NCBI GenBank assembly: GCA_964016885.1
Contig: OZ024744.1
Coordinates: forward strand, 7,130,001 to 7,194,000
DNA: 64,000 nucleotides
Direction: 5' to 3'
Source of the DNA: Eledone cirrhosa
Taxonomy: Eukaryota
Shown: one piece after another, positions 47,901-64,000 of the stretch
Layout: the number at the start of each line of letters is the position of its first letter
How positions within the stretch are numbered: position 1 is the stretch's first letter
Translations under genes and position numbers: made by a program
Notes under the pieces: model-generated
Database searches by the model: none
Seen by the model: only the letters and a program-made list of their open reading frames with translations
Told to the model about the DNA's origin: nothing

Positions 47901-50900
47901 GTGTATATATAATTGTTTGATGTCACATGTATATATAATTGTTTGATGCCAGGTGTATATATAATTGTTTGATGGCACATGTATATATAATTGTTTGATG
48001 TCTGGTGTATATATAATTGTATTATGTCTGGTGTATATATAATTGTTTGATGTCAGGTGTATATATAATTGTTTGATGTCAGGTGTATACATAATTGTTT
48101 GATATCAGGTGTATATATAATTGTTTTATGTCACATGTATATATAATTGTTTGATATCAGGTGTATATATAATTGTTTGATGTCACATGTATATATAATT
48201 GTTTGATGTCAGGTGAATATATAATTGTTTGATGTCACATGTATATATAATTGTTTGATGTCACATGTATATATAATTGTTTGATGTCAGGTGTATATAT
48301 AATTGTTTGATGTCACATGTATATATAATTGTTTGATGTCAGGTGTATATATAATTGTTTGATGTCAGGTGTATATATAATTGTTTGATGTCACATGTAT
48401 ATATAATTGTTTGATGCCAGGTGTATATATAATTGTTTGATGCCAGGTGTATATATAATAGTTTGATGTCACACGTATATATAATTGTTTGATGCCAGGT
48501 GTATATATAATTGTTTGATGCCACTTGTATATATAATTGTTTGATGTCAGGTGTATATATAATTGTATGATGCCAGTTGTATATATAATTGTTTGATGCC
48601 AGGTGTATATATAAATGTTTGATGTCACATGTATATATAATTGTTTGATGCCAGGTGTATATATAATTGTTTGATGGCACATGTATATATAATTGTTTGA
48701 TGTCTGGTGTATATATAATTGTATGATGTCTGGTGTATATATAATTGTTTGATGTCAGGTGTATATATAATTGTTTGATGTCAGTTGTATACATAATTGT
48801 TTGATATCAGGTGTATATATAATTGTTTTATGTCACATGTATATATAATTGTTTGATATCAGGTGTATATATAATTGTTTGATGTCACATGTATATATAA
48901 TTGTTTGATGTCAGGTGTATATATAATTGTTTGATGTCACATGTATATATAATTGTTTGATGTCACATGTATATATAATTGTTTGATGTCAGGTGTATAT
49001 ATAATTGTTTGATGTCACATGTATATATAATTGTTTGATGTCAGGTGTATATATAATTGTTTGATGTCAGGTGTATATATAATTGTTTGATGTCACATGT
49101 ATATATAATTGTTTGATGCCAGGTGTATATATAATTGTTTGATGCCAGGTGTATATATAATAGTTTGATGTCACACGTATATATAATTGTTTGATGCCAG
49201 GTGTATATATAATTGTTTGATGCCACATGTATATATAATTGTTTGATGTCAGGTGTATATATAATTGTATGATGCCAGTTGTATATATAATTGTTTGATG
49301 CCAGGTGTATATATAATTGTTTGATGTCACATGTATATATAATTGTTTGATGCCAGGTGTATATATAATTGTTTGATGGCACATGTATATATAATTGTTT
49401 GATGTCAGGTGTATATATAATTGTATGATGTCTGGTGTATATATAATTGTTTGATGTCAGGTGTATATATAATTGTTTGATGTCAGGTGTATACATAATT
49501 GTTTGATATCAGGTGTATATATAATTGTTTTATGTCACATGTATATATAATTGTTTGATATCAGGTGTATATATAATTGTTTGATGTAACATGTATATAT
49601 AATTGTTTGATGTCAGGTGTATATATAATTGTTTGATGTCACATGTATATATAATTGTTTGATGTCACATGTATATATAATTGTTTGATGTCAGGTGTAT
49701 ATATAATTGTTTGATGTCAGGTGTATATATAATTGTTTGATGTCACATGTATATATAATTGTTTGATCTCAGCTGTATATATAATTGTTTGATGTCAGGT
49801 GTATATATAATTGTTTGATGTCAGGTGTATATACAATTGTTTGGTGACAGGTGTATATATAATTGTTTGATGTCACATGTATATATAATTGTTTGATGTC
49901 AGGTGTAATATAATTGTTTGATATAAGGTGTATATATAATTGTTTGATGTCAGATGTATATATAATTGTTTGATGTCACATGTATATATAATTGTTTGAT
50001 GCCAGGTATATATAGAATTGTTTGATGACACATGTATATATAATTGTTTGATGTCAGGTGTATATATAATTGTATTATGTCACGTGTATATATAATTGTT
50101 TGCTGTCACGTGTATATATAATTGTTTGATGTCAGGTGTATATATAATTGTTTGATGTCAGGTGTATATACAATTGTTTGATGACAGGTGTATATATAAT
50201 TGTTTGATGTCAGATGTATATATAATTGTTTGATATCAGGTGTATATATAATTGTTTGATGTAACATGTATATATAATTGTTTGATGTTAGGTGTATATA
50301 TAATTGTTTGATGTCACATGTATATATAATTGTTTGATGTCACATGTATATATAATTGTTTGATGTCAGGTGTATATATAATTATATGATGTCTGGTGTA
50401 TATATAATTGTTTGATGTCAGGTGTATATATAATTGTTTGATGTCAGGTGTATACATAATTGTTTGATGTCAGGTGTATATATAATTGTTTGATGTCAGG
50501 TGTATATACAATTGTTTGGTGACAGGTGTATATATAATTGTTTGATGTCACATGTATATATAATTGTTTGATGTCAGGTGTAATATAATTGTTTGATATA
50601 AGGTGTATATATAATTGTTTGATGTCAGATGTATATATAATTGTTTGATGTCACATGTATATATAATTGTTTGATGCCAGGTGTATACATAATTGTTTGA
50701 TATCAGGTGTATATATAATTGTTTGATGTCAGGTGTATATATAATTGTTTGATGTCACATGTATATATAATTGTTTGATGTCAGGTGTATATATAATTGT
50801 TTGATGTCAGATGTATATATAATTGTTTGATGTCACGTGTATATATAATTGGTTGATGTCACATGTATATATAATTGTTTGCCGTCAGGTATATATATAA

Positions 50901-53900
50901 TTGTTTGATGTCAGGTACATATATAATTGTTTGATGTCAGGTATATATATAATTGTTTGATGTCACATGTATATATAATTGTTTGATGTCAGGGGTATAT
51001 ATAATTGTTTGATGTCAGGTGTATATATAATTGTTTGATGTCAGGTGTATATATAATTTTTTGATGTCACATGTATATATAATTGTTTGATGTCAGGTGT
51101 ATATATAATTGTTTGATGTCAGGTGTATATATAATTGTTTGATGTCAGATGTATATATAATTGTTTGATGCCAGGTACATATATAATTGTTTGATGCTAG
51201 GTGTATATATAATTGTTTGATGTTACATGTATATATAATTGTTTGATGCCAGGTATCTATATAATTGTTTGATGTCACATGTATATATAATTTTTTGATG
51301 TCAGATGTATATATAATTGTTTGATGTCAGGTGTATATATAATTGTTTGTTGTCAGGTGGATATATAATTGTTTGATGTCAGGTATATATATAATTATTT
51401 GATGCCAGATGTATATATAATTGTTTGATGTTACATGTATATATAATTGTTTGATGTCAGGTGTATATATAATTGTTTCATGTCATATGTATATATAATT
51501 GTTTGATGCCAGGTGTATATATAATTGTTTGATGTCACATGTATATATAATTGTTTGATGTTTCATGTATATATAATTGTATGATGTCTCATGTATATAT
51601 AATTGTTTGATGCCAGTGGTATATATAATTGTTTGATGTCAGGTGTATATATAATTGTTTGTTGTCAGGTGGATATATAATTGTTTGATGTCAGGTATAT
51701 ATATAATTATTTGATGCCAGATGTATATATAATTGTTTGATGTTACATGTATATATAATTGTTTGATGTCAGGTGTATATATAATTGTTTGATGTCAGGT
51801 GTATATATAATTGTTTGATGTCAGGTGTATATATAATTGTTTGATGTCAGGTGTATATATAATTGTATGATGTCACATGTATATATAATTGTTTGATGTC
51901 AGGTGTATATATAATTGTTTCATGTCATATGTATATATAATTGTTTGATGCCAGGTGTATATATAATTGTTTGATGTCACATGTATATATAATTGTTTGA
52001 TGTTACATGTATATATAATTGTATGATGTCTCATGTATATATAATTGTTTGATGCCAGTGGTATATATAATTGTTTGATGTCAGGTGTATATATAATTGT
52101 TTGATGTCAGGTGTATATATAATTGTTTGATGTCAGGTGTATATATAATTGTTTGATGTCACATGTATATATAATTGTATGATGTCACATGCATATATAA
52201 TTGTTTGATGTCAGGTGTATATATAATTGTTTGATGTCACATGTATATATAATTGTTTGATGCCAGGTATATATATAATTGTTTGATGACACATGTATAT
52301 ATAATTGTTTGATGTCAGGTGTATATATAATTGTTTGATGTCAGGTGTATATATAATTGTTTGATGTCACATGTATATATAATTGTATGATGTCACATGT
52401 ATAAATAATTGTTTGATGCCAGGTGTATATATAATTGTTTGATGTCACATGTATATATAATTGTTTGATGTTTCATGTATATATAATTGTATGATGTCTC
52501 ATGTATATATAATTGTTTGATGCCAGTGGTATATATAATTGTTTGATGTCAGGTGTATTTATAATTGTTTGTTGTCAGGTGGATATATAATTGTTTGATG
52601 TCAGGTATATATATAATTATTTGATGCCAGATGTATATATAATTGTTTGATGTTACATGTATATATAATTGTTTGATGTCAGGTGTATATATAATTGTTT
52701 GATGTCAGGTGTATATATAATTGTTTGATGTCAGGTGTATATATAATTGTTTGATGTCAGGTGTATATATAATTGTATGATGTCACATGTATATATAATT
52801 GTTTGATGTCAGGTGTATATATAATTGTTTCATGTCATATGTATATATAATTGTTTGATGCCAGGTGTATATATAATTGTTTGATGTCACATGTATATAT
52901 AATTGTTTGATGTTCCATGTATATATAATTGTATGATGTCTCATGTATATATAATTGTTTGATGCCAGTGGTATATATAATTGTTTGATGTCAGGTGTAT
53001 ATATAATTGTTTGATGTCAGGTGTATATATAATTGTTTGATGTCAGGTGTATATATAATTGTTTGATGTCACATGTATATATAATTGTATGATGTCACAT
53101 GCATATATAATTGTTTGATGTCAGGTGTATATATAATTGTTTGATGTCACATGTATATATAATTGTTTGATGCCAGGTATATATATAATTGTTTGATGAC
53201 ACATGTATATATAATTGTTTGATGTCAGGTGTATATATAATTTTTTGATGTCAGGTGTATATATAATTGTTTGATGTCACATGTATATATAATTGTATGA
53301 TGTCACATGTATAAATAATTGTTTGATGTCAGGTGTATATATAATTGTTTGATGTCACATGTATATATAATTGTTTGATGCCAGGTACATATATAATTGT
53401 TTGATACCAGGTGTATATATAATTGTTTGATGTTACATGTATATATAATTGTTTGATGCCAGGTGTCTATATAATTGTTTGATGTCACATGTATATATAA
53501 TTGTTTGATGTCAGGTGTATATATAATTGTTTGATGTCAGATGTATATATAATTGTTTCATGTCAGGTCTATATATAATTGTTTGTTGTCATGTGGATAT
53601 ATAATTGTTTGATGTCAGGTATATATATAATTGTTTGATGCCAGATGTATATATAATTGTTTGATGTTACATGTATATATAATTGTTTGATGTCAGGTGT
53701 ATATATAATTGTTTGATGTCACATGTATATATAATTGTTTGATGTCAGGTGTATATATAATTGTTTGATGTCAGGTGTATATATAATTGTATGATGTCAC
53801 ATGTATATATAATTGTTTGATGTCAGGTGTATATATAATTGTTTGATGTCATATGTATATATAATTGTTTGATGCCAGGTGTATATATAATTGTTTGATG

Positions 53901-56900
53901 TCACATGTATATATAATTGTTTGATGTTACATGTATATATAATTGTATGATGTCTCATGTATATATAATTGTTTGATGCCAGTGGTATATATAATTGTTT
54001 GTTGTCAGGTGTATATATAATTGTTTGATGTCAGGTGTATATATAATTGTTTGATGTCACATGTATATATAATTGTTTGATGTCAGGTGTATATATAATT
54101 GTTTGATGTCAGGTGTATATATCATTGTTTGATGTCAGGTGTATATATAATTGTTTGATGTCACATGTATATATAATTGTTTGATGTCAGGTGTATATAT
54201 AATTGTATGATGTCTCATGTATATATAATTGTTTGATGTCAGGTGTATATATAATTGTTTGATGTCACATGTATATATAATTGTTTGATGCCAGGTGTAT
54301 ATATAATTGTTTGATGCCAGGTGTATATATACTTGTTTGATTTCACATGTATATATAATTGTTTGATGTCAGGTGTAATATAATTGTTTGATATCAGGTG
54401 TATATATAATTGTTTGATGTCAGATGTATATATAATTGTTTGATGTCACATGTATATATAATAGTATGATGTCAGGTGTATATATAATTGTTTGATGTCA
54501 CATGTATATATAATTGTTTGATGTCAGGTGTATATATAATTGTTTGATGTCACATGTATATATAATTGTTTGATGCCAGGTGTATATATAATAGTTTGAT
54601 GCCAGGTGTGTATATAATAGTTTGATGTCACATGTATATATGATTGTTTGATGCCAGGTGTATATAGAATTGTTTGATGCCACATGTATATATAATTGTT
54701 TGATGTCAGGTGTATATATAATTGATTGATGTCAGGTGTATATATAATTTTTCAATCTCAGGTGTATATATAATTGTTTGATGTCTCATGTGTATATAAT
54801 TGTATGATGTCAGGTGTATATATAATTGTTTGATGTCATGTGTATATATAATTGTTTGATGTCAGGTGTATATATAATTATTTGATGTCAGGTGTATATA
54901 TAATTGTTTGATGTCACATGTATATATAATTGTTTGATGTCAGGTGTATATATAATTGTATGATGTCTGGTGTATATATAATTTTTTGATGTCACATGTA
55001 TATATAATTGTTCTTTGTCAGGTGTATATATAATTGTTTGATGTCAGGTGTATATATAATTGTTTGATGTCAGGTGTATATATAATTGTTTGATGTCAGG
55101 TGTATATATAATTGTTTGATGACAGGTGTATATATAATTGTTTGATGCCACATGTATATATAATTGTATGATGTCTCATGTATATATAATTGTTTGATGT
55201 CAGGTGTATATATAATTGTTTGATGTCACATGTATATATAATTGTTTGATGCCAGGTGTATATATAATTGTTTGATGCCAGGTGTATATATAATTGTTTG
55301 ATGTCACATGTATATATAATTGTTTGATGCCAGCTGTATATATAATTGTTTGATGCCACATGTATATATAATTGTTTGATGTCACGTGTATATATAATGT
55401 GTTGATGTCACATGTATATATAATTGTTTGATGTTACATGTATGTACAATTGTTTGATGTCAGGTGTATATATAATTTTATGATGTCAGGTGTATATATA
55501 ATTGTTTGATGTCACATGTATATATTGTTGGTTGATGTCACATGTATATACAAATGTTTGATGTCAGGTATATATATAATTGTTTGAGGTCAGGTATATA
55601 TATAATTGTTTGATGTCACATGTATATATAATTGTTTGATGTCACATGTATATATAATTGTTTGATGTCAGATCTATATATAATTGTTTGATGTCAGGTG
55701 TATATATAATTGTTTGATGTCACATGTATATATAATTGTTTGATGTCAGGTATATATATTATTGTTTGATGTCAGGTATATATATAATTGTTTGATGTCA
55801 TGTGTATATATAATTGTTTGATGTCACATGTATATATAATTGTTTGATGTCATGTGTATATATAATTGTTTGATGTCAGGTGTATATATAATTTTTTGAT
55901 GTCAGATGCATATATAATTGTTTGATGTCACATGTATATATAATTGTTTGATGTCAGGTGTATATATAATTGTTTGATGTCAGGTGTATATATAATTGTT
56001 TGATGTCAGATGTATAATTAAATGTTTGATGTCAGGTGTATATATAATTGTTTAATGTCAGGTGTATATATAATTGTTTGATGTCAGGTGTATATATAAT
56101 TGTTTGATGTCACATGTATATATAATTGTTTGATGTCAGGTGTATATATAATTGTTTGATGTCAGGTGTATATATAATTGTCTGATGTCAGATGTATATA
56201 TAATTGTTTGATGTCAGGTGTATATATAATTGTTTGATGTCACATGTATATATAATTGTATGATGTCACATGTTTATATAATTGTTTGATGTCAGGTGTA
56301 TATATAATTGTTTGATGTCACATGTATATATAATGGTATGATGCCAGGTGTACATATAATTGTTTGATATCAGGTGTATACATAATTGTTTGATGACAGG
56401 TGTATATATAATTGTTTGATGTCACATGTATATATAATTGTTTGATGCCAGGTGTATATTTAATTCTTTGATGTCACATGTATATATAATTGTTTGATCT
56501 CAGGTGTATATATAATTGTATGATGTCTGGTGTATATATAATTGTTTGAGGACAGGTGTATATATAATTGTTTGATGTCAGGTGTATATATAATTGTTTG
56601 ATGTCACATGTATATATAATTGTTTGATGTCAGGTATATATATTATTGTTTGATGTCAGGTATATATATAATTGTTTGATGTCATGTGTATATATTATTG
56701 TTTGATGTCACATGTATATATAATTGTTTGATGTCAGGTGTATACATAATTGTTTGATGTCAGGTGTATATATAATTTTTTGATGTCAGATGCATATATA
56801 ATTGTTTGATGTCACATGTATATATAATTGTTTGATGTCAGGTGTATATATAATTGTTTGATGTCAGGTGTATATATAATTGTTTGATGTCAGATGTATA

Positions 56901-59900
56901 ATTAATTGTTTGATGTCAGGTGTATATATAATTGTTTAACGTCAGGTGTATATATAATTGTTTGATGTCAGGTGTATATATAATTGTTTGATGTCACATC
57001 TATATATAATTGTTTGATGTCAGGTGTATATATAATTGTTTGATGTCAGGTGTATATATAATTGTCTGATGTCAGATGTATATATAATTGTTTGATGTCA
57101 GGTGTATATATAATTGTTTGATGTCACATGTATATATAATTGTATGATGTCACATGTTTATATAATTGTTTGATGTCAGGTGTATATATAATTGTTTGAT
57201 GTCACATGTATATATAATGGTCTGATGCCAGGTGTACATATAATTGTTTGATATCAGGTGTATACATAATTGTTTGATGACAGGTGTATATATAATTGTT
57301 TGATGTCACATGTATATATAATTGTTTGATGCCAGGTGTATATTTAATTCTTTGATGTCACATGTATATATAATTGTTTGATCTCAGGTGTATATATAAT
57401 TGTATGATGTCTGGTGTATATATAATTGTTTGAGGACAGGTGTATATATAATTGTTTGATGTCAGGTGTATATATAATTGTTTGATGTCACATGTATATA
57501 TAATTGTTTGATATCAGGGGTATATATAATTGTTTGATGTCACATGTATATATAATTGTTTGATGTCAGGTGTATATATAATTGTTTGATATCAGGGGTA
57601 TATATAATTGTTTGATGTCACATGTATATATAATTGTTTGATCTCAGGTGTATATATAATTGTATGATGTCTGGTGTATATATAATTGTTTGAGGACAGG
57701 TGTATATATAATTGTTTGATATCAGGTGTATATATAATTGTTTGATGTCACATGTATATATAATTGTTTGATGTCAGGTGTATATATAATTGTTTGATGT
57801 CACATCTATATATAATTGTTTGATGTCAGGTGTATATATAATTGTTTGATGTCACGTGTATATATAATTGTTTGATGTCACATGTATATATAATTGTTTG
57901 ATATCAGGGGTATATATAATTGTTTGATGTCACATGTATATATAATTGTTTGATGTCAGGTGTATATATAATTGTTTGATGTCAGGTGTATATATAATTG
58001 TTTGATGTCACATGTATATATAATTATTTCATGACAGGTGTATATATAATTGTTTGATGTCAGGTGTATATATAATTGTTTAACGTCAGGTGTATATATA
58101 ATTGTTTGATGTCAGGTGTATATATAATTGTTTGATGTCACATGTATATATAATTGTTTGATGTCAGGTGTATATATAATTGTTTGATGTCAGGTGTATA
58201 TATAATTGTCTGATGTCAGATGTATATATAATTGTTTGATGTCAGGTGTATATATAATTGTTTGATGTCACATGTATATATAATTGTATGATGTCACATG
58301 TTTATATAATTGTTTGATGTCAGGTGTATATATAATTGTTTGATGTCACATGTATATATAATGGTCTGATGCCAGGTGTACATATAATTGTTTGATATCA
58401 GGTGTATACATAATTGTTTGATGACAGGTGTATATATAATTGTTTGATGTCACATGTATATATAATTGTTTGATGCCAGGTGTATATTTAATTCTTTGAT
58501 GTCACATGTATATATAATTGTTTGATCTCAGGTGTATATATAATTGTATGATGTCTGGTGTATATATAATTGTTTGAGGACAGGTGTATATATAATTGTT
58601 TGATGTCAGGTGTATATATAATTGTTTGATGTCACATGTATATATAATTGTTTGATGTCAGGTGTATATATAATTGTTTGATGTCACATGTATATATAAT
58701 TGTTTGATGTCAGGTGTATATATAATTGTTTGATGTCACGTGTATATATAATTGTTTGATATCACATGTATATATAATTGTTTGATATCAGGGGTATATA
58801 TAATTGTTTGATGTCACATGTATATATAATTGTTTGATGTCAGGTGTATATATAATTGTTTGATGTCAGGTGTATATATAATTGTTTGATGTCACATGTA
58901 TATATAATTATTTCATGACAGGTGTATATATAATTGTTTGATGTCAGGTGTATATATCATTGTTTGATGTCAGGTGTATATATAATTGTTTGATGTCACA
59001 TGTATATATAATTGTTTGATGTCAGGTGTATATATAATTGTTTGATATCAGGTGTATATATAATTGTTTGATGTCAGATGTATATATAATTGTTTGATGT
59101 CACATGTATATATAATAGTATGATGTCAGGTGTATATATAATTGTTTGATGTCACATGTATATATAATTGTTTGATGTCAGGTGTATATATAATTGTTTG
59201 ATGTCACATGTATATATAATTGTTTGATGCCAGGTGTATATATAATTGTTTGATGCCAGGTGTGTATATAATAGTTTGATGTCACATGTATATATGATTG
59301 TTTGATGCCAGGTGTATATAGAATTGTTTGATGCCACATGTATATATAATTGTTTGATGTCAGGTGTATATATAATTGATTGATGTCAGGTGTATATATA
59401 ATTTTTCAATCTCAGGTGTATATATAATTGTTTGATGTCTCATGTGTATATAATTGTATGATGTCAGGTGTATATATAATTGTTTGATGTCATGTGTATA
59501 TATAATTGTTTGATGTCAGGTGTATATATAATTATTTGATGTCAGGTGTATATATAATTGTTTGATGTCACATGTATATATAATTGTTTGATGTCAGGTG
59601 TATATATAATTGTATGATGTCTGGTGTATATATAATTTTTTGATGTCACATGTATATATAATTGTTCTTTGTCAGGTGTATATATAATTGTTTGATGTCA
59701 GGTGTATATATAATTGTTTGATGTCAGGTGTATATATAATTGTTTGATGTCAGGTGTATATATAATTGTTTGATGACAGGTGTATATATAATTGTTTGAT
59801 GCCACATGTATATATAATTGTATGATGTCTCATGTATATATAATTGTTTGATGTCAGGTGTATATATAATTGTTTGATGTCACATGTATATATAATTGTT

Positions 59901-62900
59901 TGATGCCAGGTGTATATATAATTGTTTGATGCCAGGTGTATATATAATTGTTTGATGTCACATGTATATATAATTGTTTGATGCCAGCTGTATATATAAT
60001 TGTTTGATGCCACATGTATATATAATTGTTTGATGTCACGTGTATATATAATGTGTTGATGTCACATGTATATATAATTGTTTGATGTTACATGTATGTA
60101 CAATTGTTTGATGTCAGGTGTATATATAATTTTATGATGTCAGGTGTATATATAATTGTTTGATGTCACATGTATATATTGTTGGTTGATGTCACATGTA
60201 TATACAAATGTTTGATGTCAGGTATATATATAATTGTTTGAGGTCAGGTATATATATAATTGTTTGATGTCACATGTATATATAATTGTTTGATGTCACA
60301 TGTATATATAATTGTTTGATGTCAGATCTATATATAATTGTTTGATGTCAGGTGTATATATAATTGTTTGATGTCACATGTATATATAATTGTTTGATGT
60401 CAGGTATATATATTATTGTTTGATGTCAGGTATATATATAATTGTTTGATGTCATGTGTATATATAATTGTTTGATGTCACATGTATATATAATTGTTTG
60501 ATGTCATGTGTATATATAATTGTTTGATGTCAGGTGTATATATAATTTTTTGATGTCAGATGCATATATAATTGTTTGATGTCACATGTATATATAATTG
60601 TTTGATGTCAGGTGTATATATCATTGTTTGATGTCAGGTGTATATATAATTGTTTGATGTCAGATGTATAATTAAATGTTTGATGTCAGGTGTATATATA
60701 ATGGTTTAATGTCAGGTGTATATATAATTGTTTGATGTCAGGTGTATATATAATTGTTTGATGTCACATGTATATATAATTGTTTGATGTCAGGTGTATA
60801 TATAATTGTTTGATGTCAGGTGTATATATAATTGTCTGATGTCAGATGTATATATAATTGTTTGATGTCAGGTGTATATATAATTGTTTGATGTCACATG
60901 TATATATAATTGTATGATGTCACATGTTTATATAATTGTTTGATGTCAGGTGTATATATAATTGTTTGATGTCACATGTATATATAATGGTCTGATGCCA
61001 GGTGTACATATAATTGTTTGATATCAGGTGTATACATAATTGTTTGATGACAGGTGTATATATAATTGTTTGATGTCACATGTATATATAATTGTTTGAT
61101 GCCAGGTGTATATTTAATTCTTTGATGTCACATGTATATATAATTGTTTGATCTCAGGTGTATATATAATTGTATGATGTCTGGTGTATATATAATTGTT
61201 TGAGGACAGGTGTATATATAATTGTTTGATGTCAGGTGTATATATAATTGTTTGATGTCACATGTATATATAATTGTTTCATGTCAGATGTATAATTAAT
61301 TGTTTGATGTCAGGTGTATATATAATTGTTTAATGTCAGGTGTATATATAATTGTTTGATGTCAGGTGTATATATAATTGTTTGATGTCACATGTATATA
61401 TAATTGTTTGATGTCAGGTGTATATATAATTGTTTGATGTCAGGTGTATATATAATTGTCTGATGTCAGATGTATATATAATTGTTTGATGTCAGGTGTA
61501 TATATAATTGTTTGATGTCACATGTATATATAATTGTATGATGTCACATGTTTATATAATTGTTTGATGTCAGGTGTATATATAATTGTTTGATGTCACA
61601 TGTATATATAATGGTCTGATGCCAGGTGTACATATAATTGTTTGATGACAGGTGTATATATAATTGTTTGATGCCACATGTATATATAATTGTATGATGT
61701 CTCATGTATATATAATTGTTTGATGTCAGGTGTATATATAATTGTTTGATGTCACATGTATATATAATTGTTTGATGCCAGGTGTATATATAATTGTTTG
61801 ATGCCAGGTGTATATATAATTGTTTGATGTCACATGTATATATAATTGTTTGATGCCAGCTGTATATATAATTGTTTGATGCCACATGTATATATAATTG
61901 TTTGATGTCACGTGTATATATAATGTGTTGATGTCACATGTATATATAATTGTTTGATGTTACATGTATGTACAATTGTTTGATGTCAGGTGTATATATA
62001 ATTTTATGATGTCAGGTGTATATATAATTGTTTGATGTCACATGTATATATTGTTGGTTGATGTCACATGTATATACAAATGTTTGATGTCAGGTATATA
62101 TATAATTGTTTGAGGTCAGGTATATATATAATTGTTTGATGTCACATGTATATATAATTGTTTGATGTCACATGTATATATAATTGTTTGATGTCAGATC
62201 TATATATAATTGTTTGATGTCAGGTGTATATATAATTGTTTGATGTCACATGTATATATAATTGTATGATGTCACATGTTTATATAATTGTTTGATGTCA
62301 GGTGTATATATAATTGTTTGATGTCACATGTATATATAATGGTCTGATGCCAGGTGTACATATAATTGTTTGATATCAGGTGTATACATAATTGTTTGAT
62401 GACAGGTGTATATATAATTGTTTGATGTCACATGTATATATAATTGTTTGATGCCAGGTGTATATTTAATTCTTTGATGTCACATGTATATATAATTGTT
62501 TGATCTCAGGTGTATATATAATTGTATGATGTCTGGTGTATATATAATTGTTTGAGGACAGGTGTATATATAATTGTTTGATGTCAGGTGTATATATAAT
62601 TGTTTGATGTCACATGTATATATAATTGTTTGATGTCAGGTATATATATTATTGTTTGATGTCAGGTATATATATAATTGTTTGATGTCATGTGTATATA
62701 TAATTGTTTGATGTCACATGTATATATAATTGTTTGATGTCAGGTGTATATATAATTTTTTGATGTCATATGCATATATAATTGTTTGATGTCACATGTA
62801 TATATAATTGTTTGATGTCAGGTGTATATATAATTGTTTGATGTCAGGTGTATATATAATTGTTTGATGTCACATGTATATATAATTGTTTGATGTCAGG

Positions 62901-64000
62901 TGTATATATAATTGTTTGATGTCAGGTGTATATATAATTGTCTGATGTCAGATGTATATATAATTGTTTGATGTCAGGTGTATATATAATTGTTTGATGT
63001 CACATGTATATATAATTGTATGATGTCACATGTTTATATAATTGTATGATGTCACATGTATATATAATGGTCTGATGCCAGGTGTACATATAATTGTTTG
63101 ATATCAGGTGTATACATAATTGTTTGATGACAGGTGTATATATAATTGTTTGATGTCACATGTATATATAATTGTTTGATGCCAGGTGTATATTTAATTC
63201 TTTGATGTCACATGTATATATAATTGTTTGATCTCAGGTGTATATATAATTGTATGATATCTGGTGTATATATAATTGTTTGAGGACAGGTGTATATATA
63301 ATTGTTTGATGTCAGGTGTATATATAATTGTTTGATGTCACATGTATATATAATTGTTTGATGTCAGGTGTATATATAATTGTTTGATGTCACATGTATA
63401 TATAATTGTTTGATGTCAGGTGTATATATAATTGTTTGATGTCACGTGTATATATAATTGTTTGATGTCACATGTATATATAATTGTTTGATATCAGGTG
63501 TATATATAATTGTTTGATGTCACATGTATATATAATTGTTTGATGTCAGGTGTATATATAATTGTTTGATGTCACGTGTATATATAATTGTTTGATGTCA
63601 CATGTATATATAATTATTTCATGACAGGTGTATATATAATTGTTTGATGTCAGGTGTATATATCATTGTTTGATGTCAGGTGTATATATAATTGTTTGAT
63701 GTCACATGTATATATAATTGTTTGATGTCAGGTGTATATATAATTGTATGATGTCTCATGTATATATAATTGTTTGATGTCAGGTGTATATATAATTGTT
63801 TGATGTCACATGTATATATAATTGTTTGATGCCAGGTGTATATATAATTGTTTGATGCCAGGTGTATATATACTTGTTTGATTTCACATGTATATATAAT
63901 TGTTTGATGTCAGGTGTAATATAATTGTTTGATATCAGGTGTATATATAATTGTTTGATGTCAGATGTATATATAATTGTTTGATGTCACATGTATATAT
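38938..64000. repeat. 26-bp satellite array (~960 monomers, continues past window end) with higher-order duplications
   Basis: Monomer tgtatatataattgtttgatgtca(gg/ca); repeated variant blocks at offsets 702, 884, 1947 and 4654 bp. Confidence 0.99.

Noticed and set aside
38938-64000. Satellite as a CRISPR array or protein-coding repeats (many SNNYIYT ORFs)
   Set aside because: No unique spacers, only 26-bp monomers with point variants, no cas genes, and a eukaryotic context. The ORFs arise where variants remove the TGA stop.

Overview
This is eukaryotic, AT-rich, repeat-saturated DNA with no recognisable host gene. The tRNA-derived SINE families and heavy (TA)n/(CA)n load suggest a cephalopod (octopus-like) genome, which is an inference. 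Bases 1-38.9 kb are a mosaic of microsatellites, SINEs, RTE and restriction-like-endonuclease LINE fragments, Helitron pieces and many Penelope-like retroelement (PLE) remnants. Two PLEs keep open GIY-YIG (one also RT) reading frames with inverted pseudo-LTRs. Bases 38.9-64 kb are a 26-bp satellite with nested higher-order duplications. The main signal outside the ORF track is about 20 type I hammerhead-ribozyme (HHR) motifs in about 12 sequence families, found by eye, most next to (TA)n tracts. Several families carry non-canonical cores that recur across copies: CAGAAGA (U4A), UUGAAAA...GCAA (U3-A8 plus A13C) and CCGUUGA. Many also have U.U/G.U at 10.1-11.1 and palindromic, dimer-type stem III. 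All folds were assigned manually and catalytic activity is untested. Boundaries of degenerate elements are approximate.
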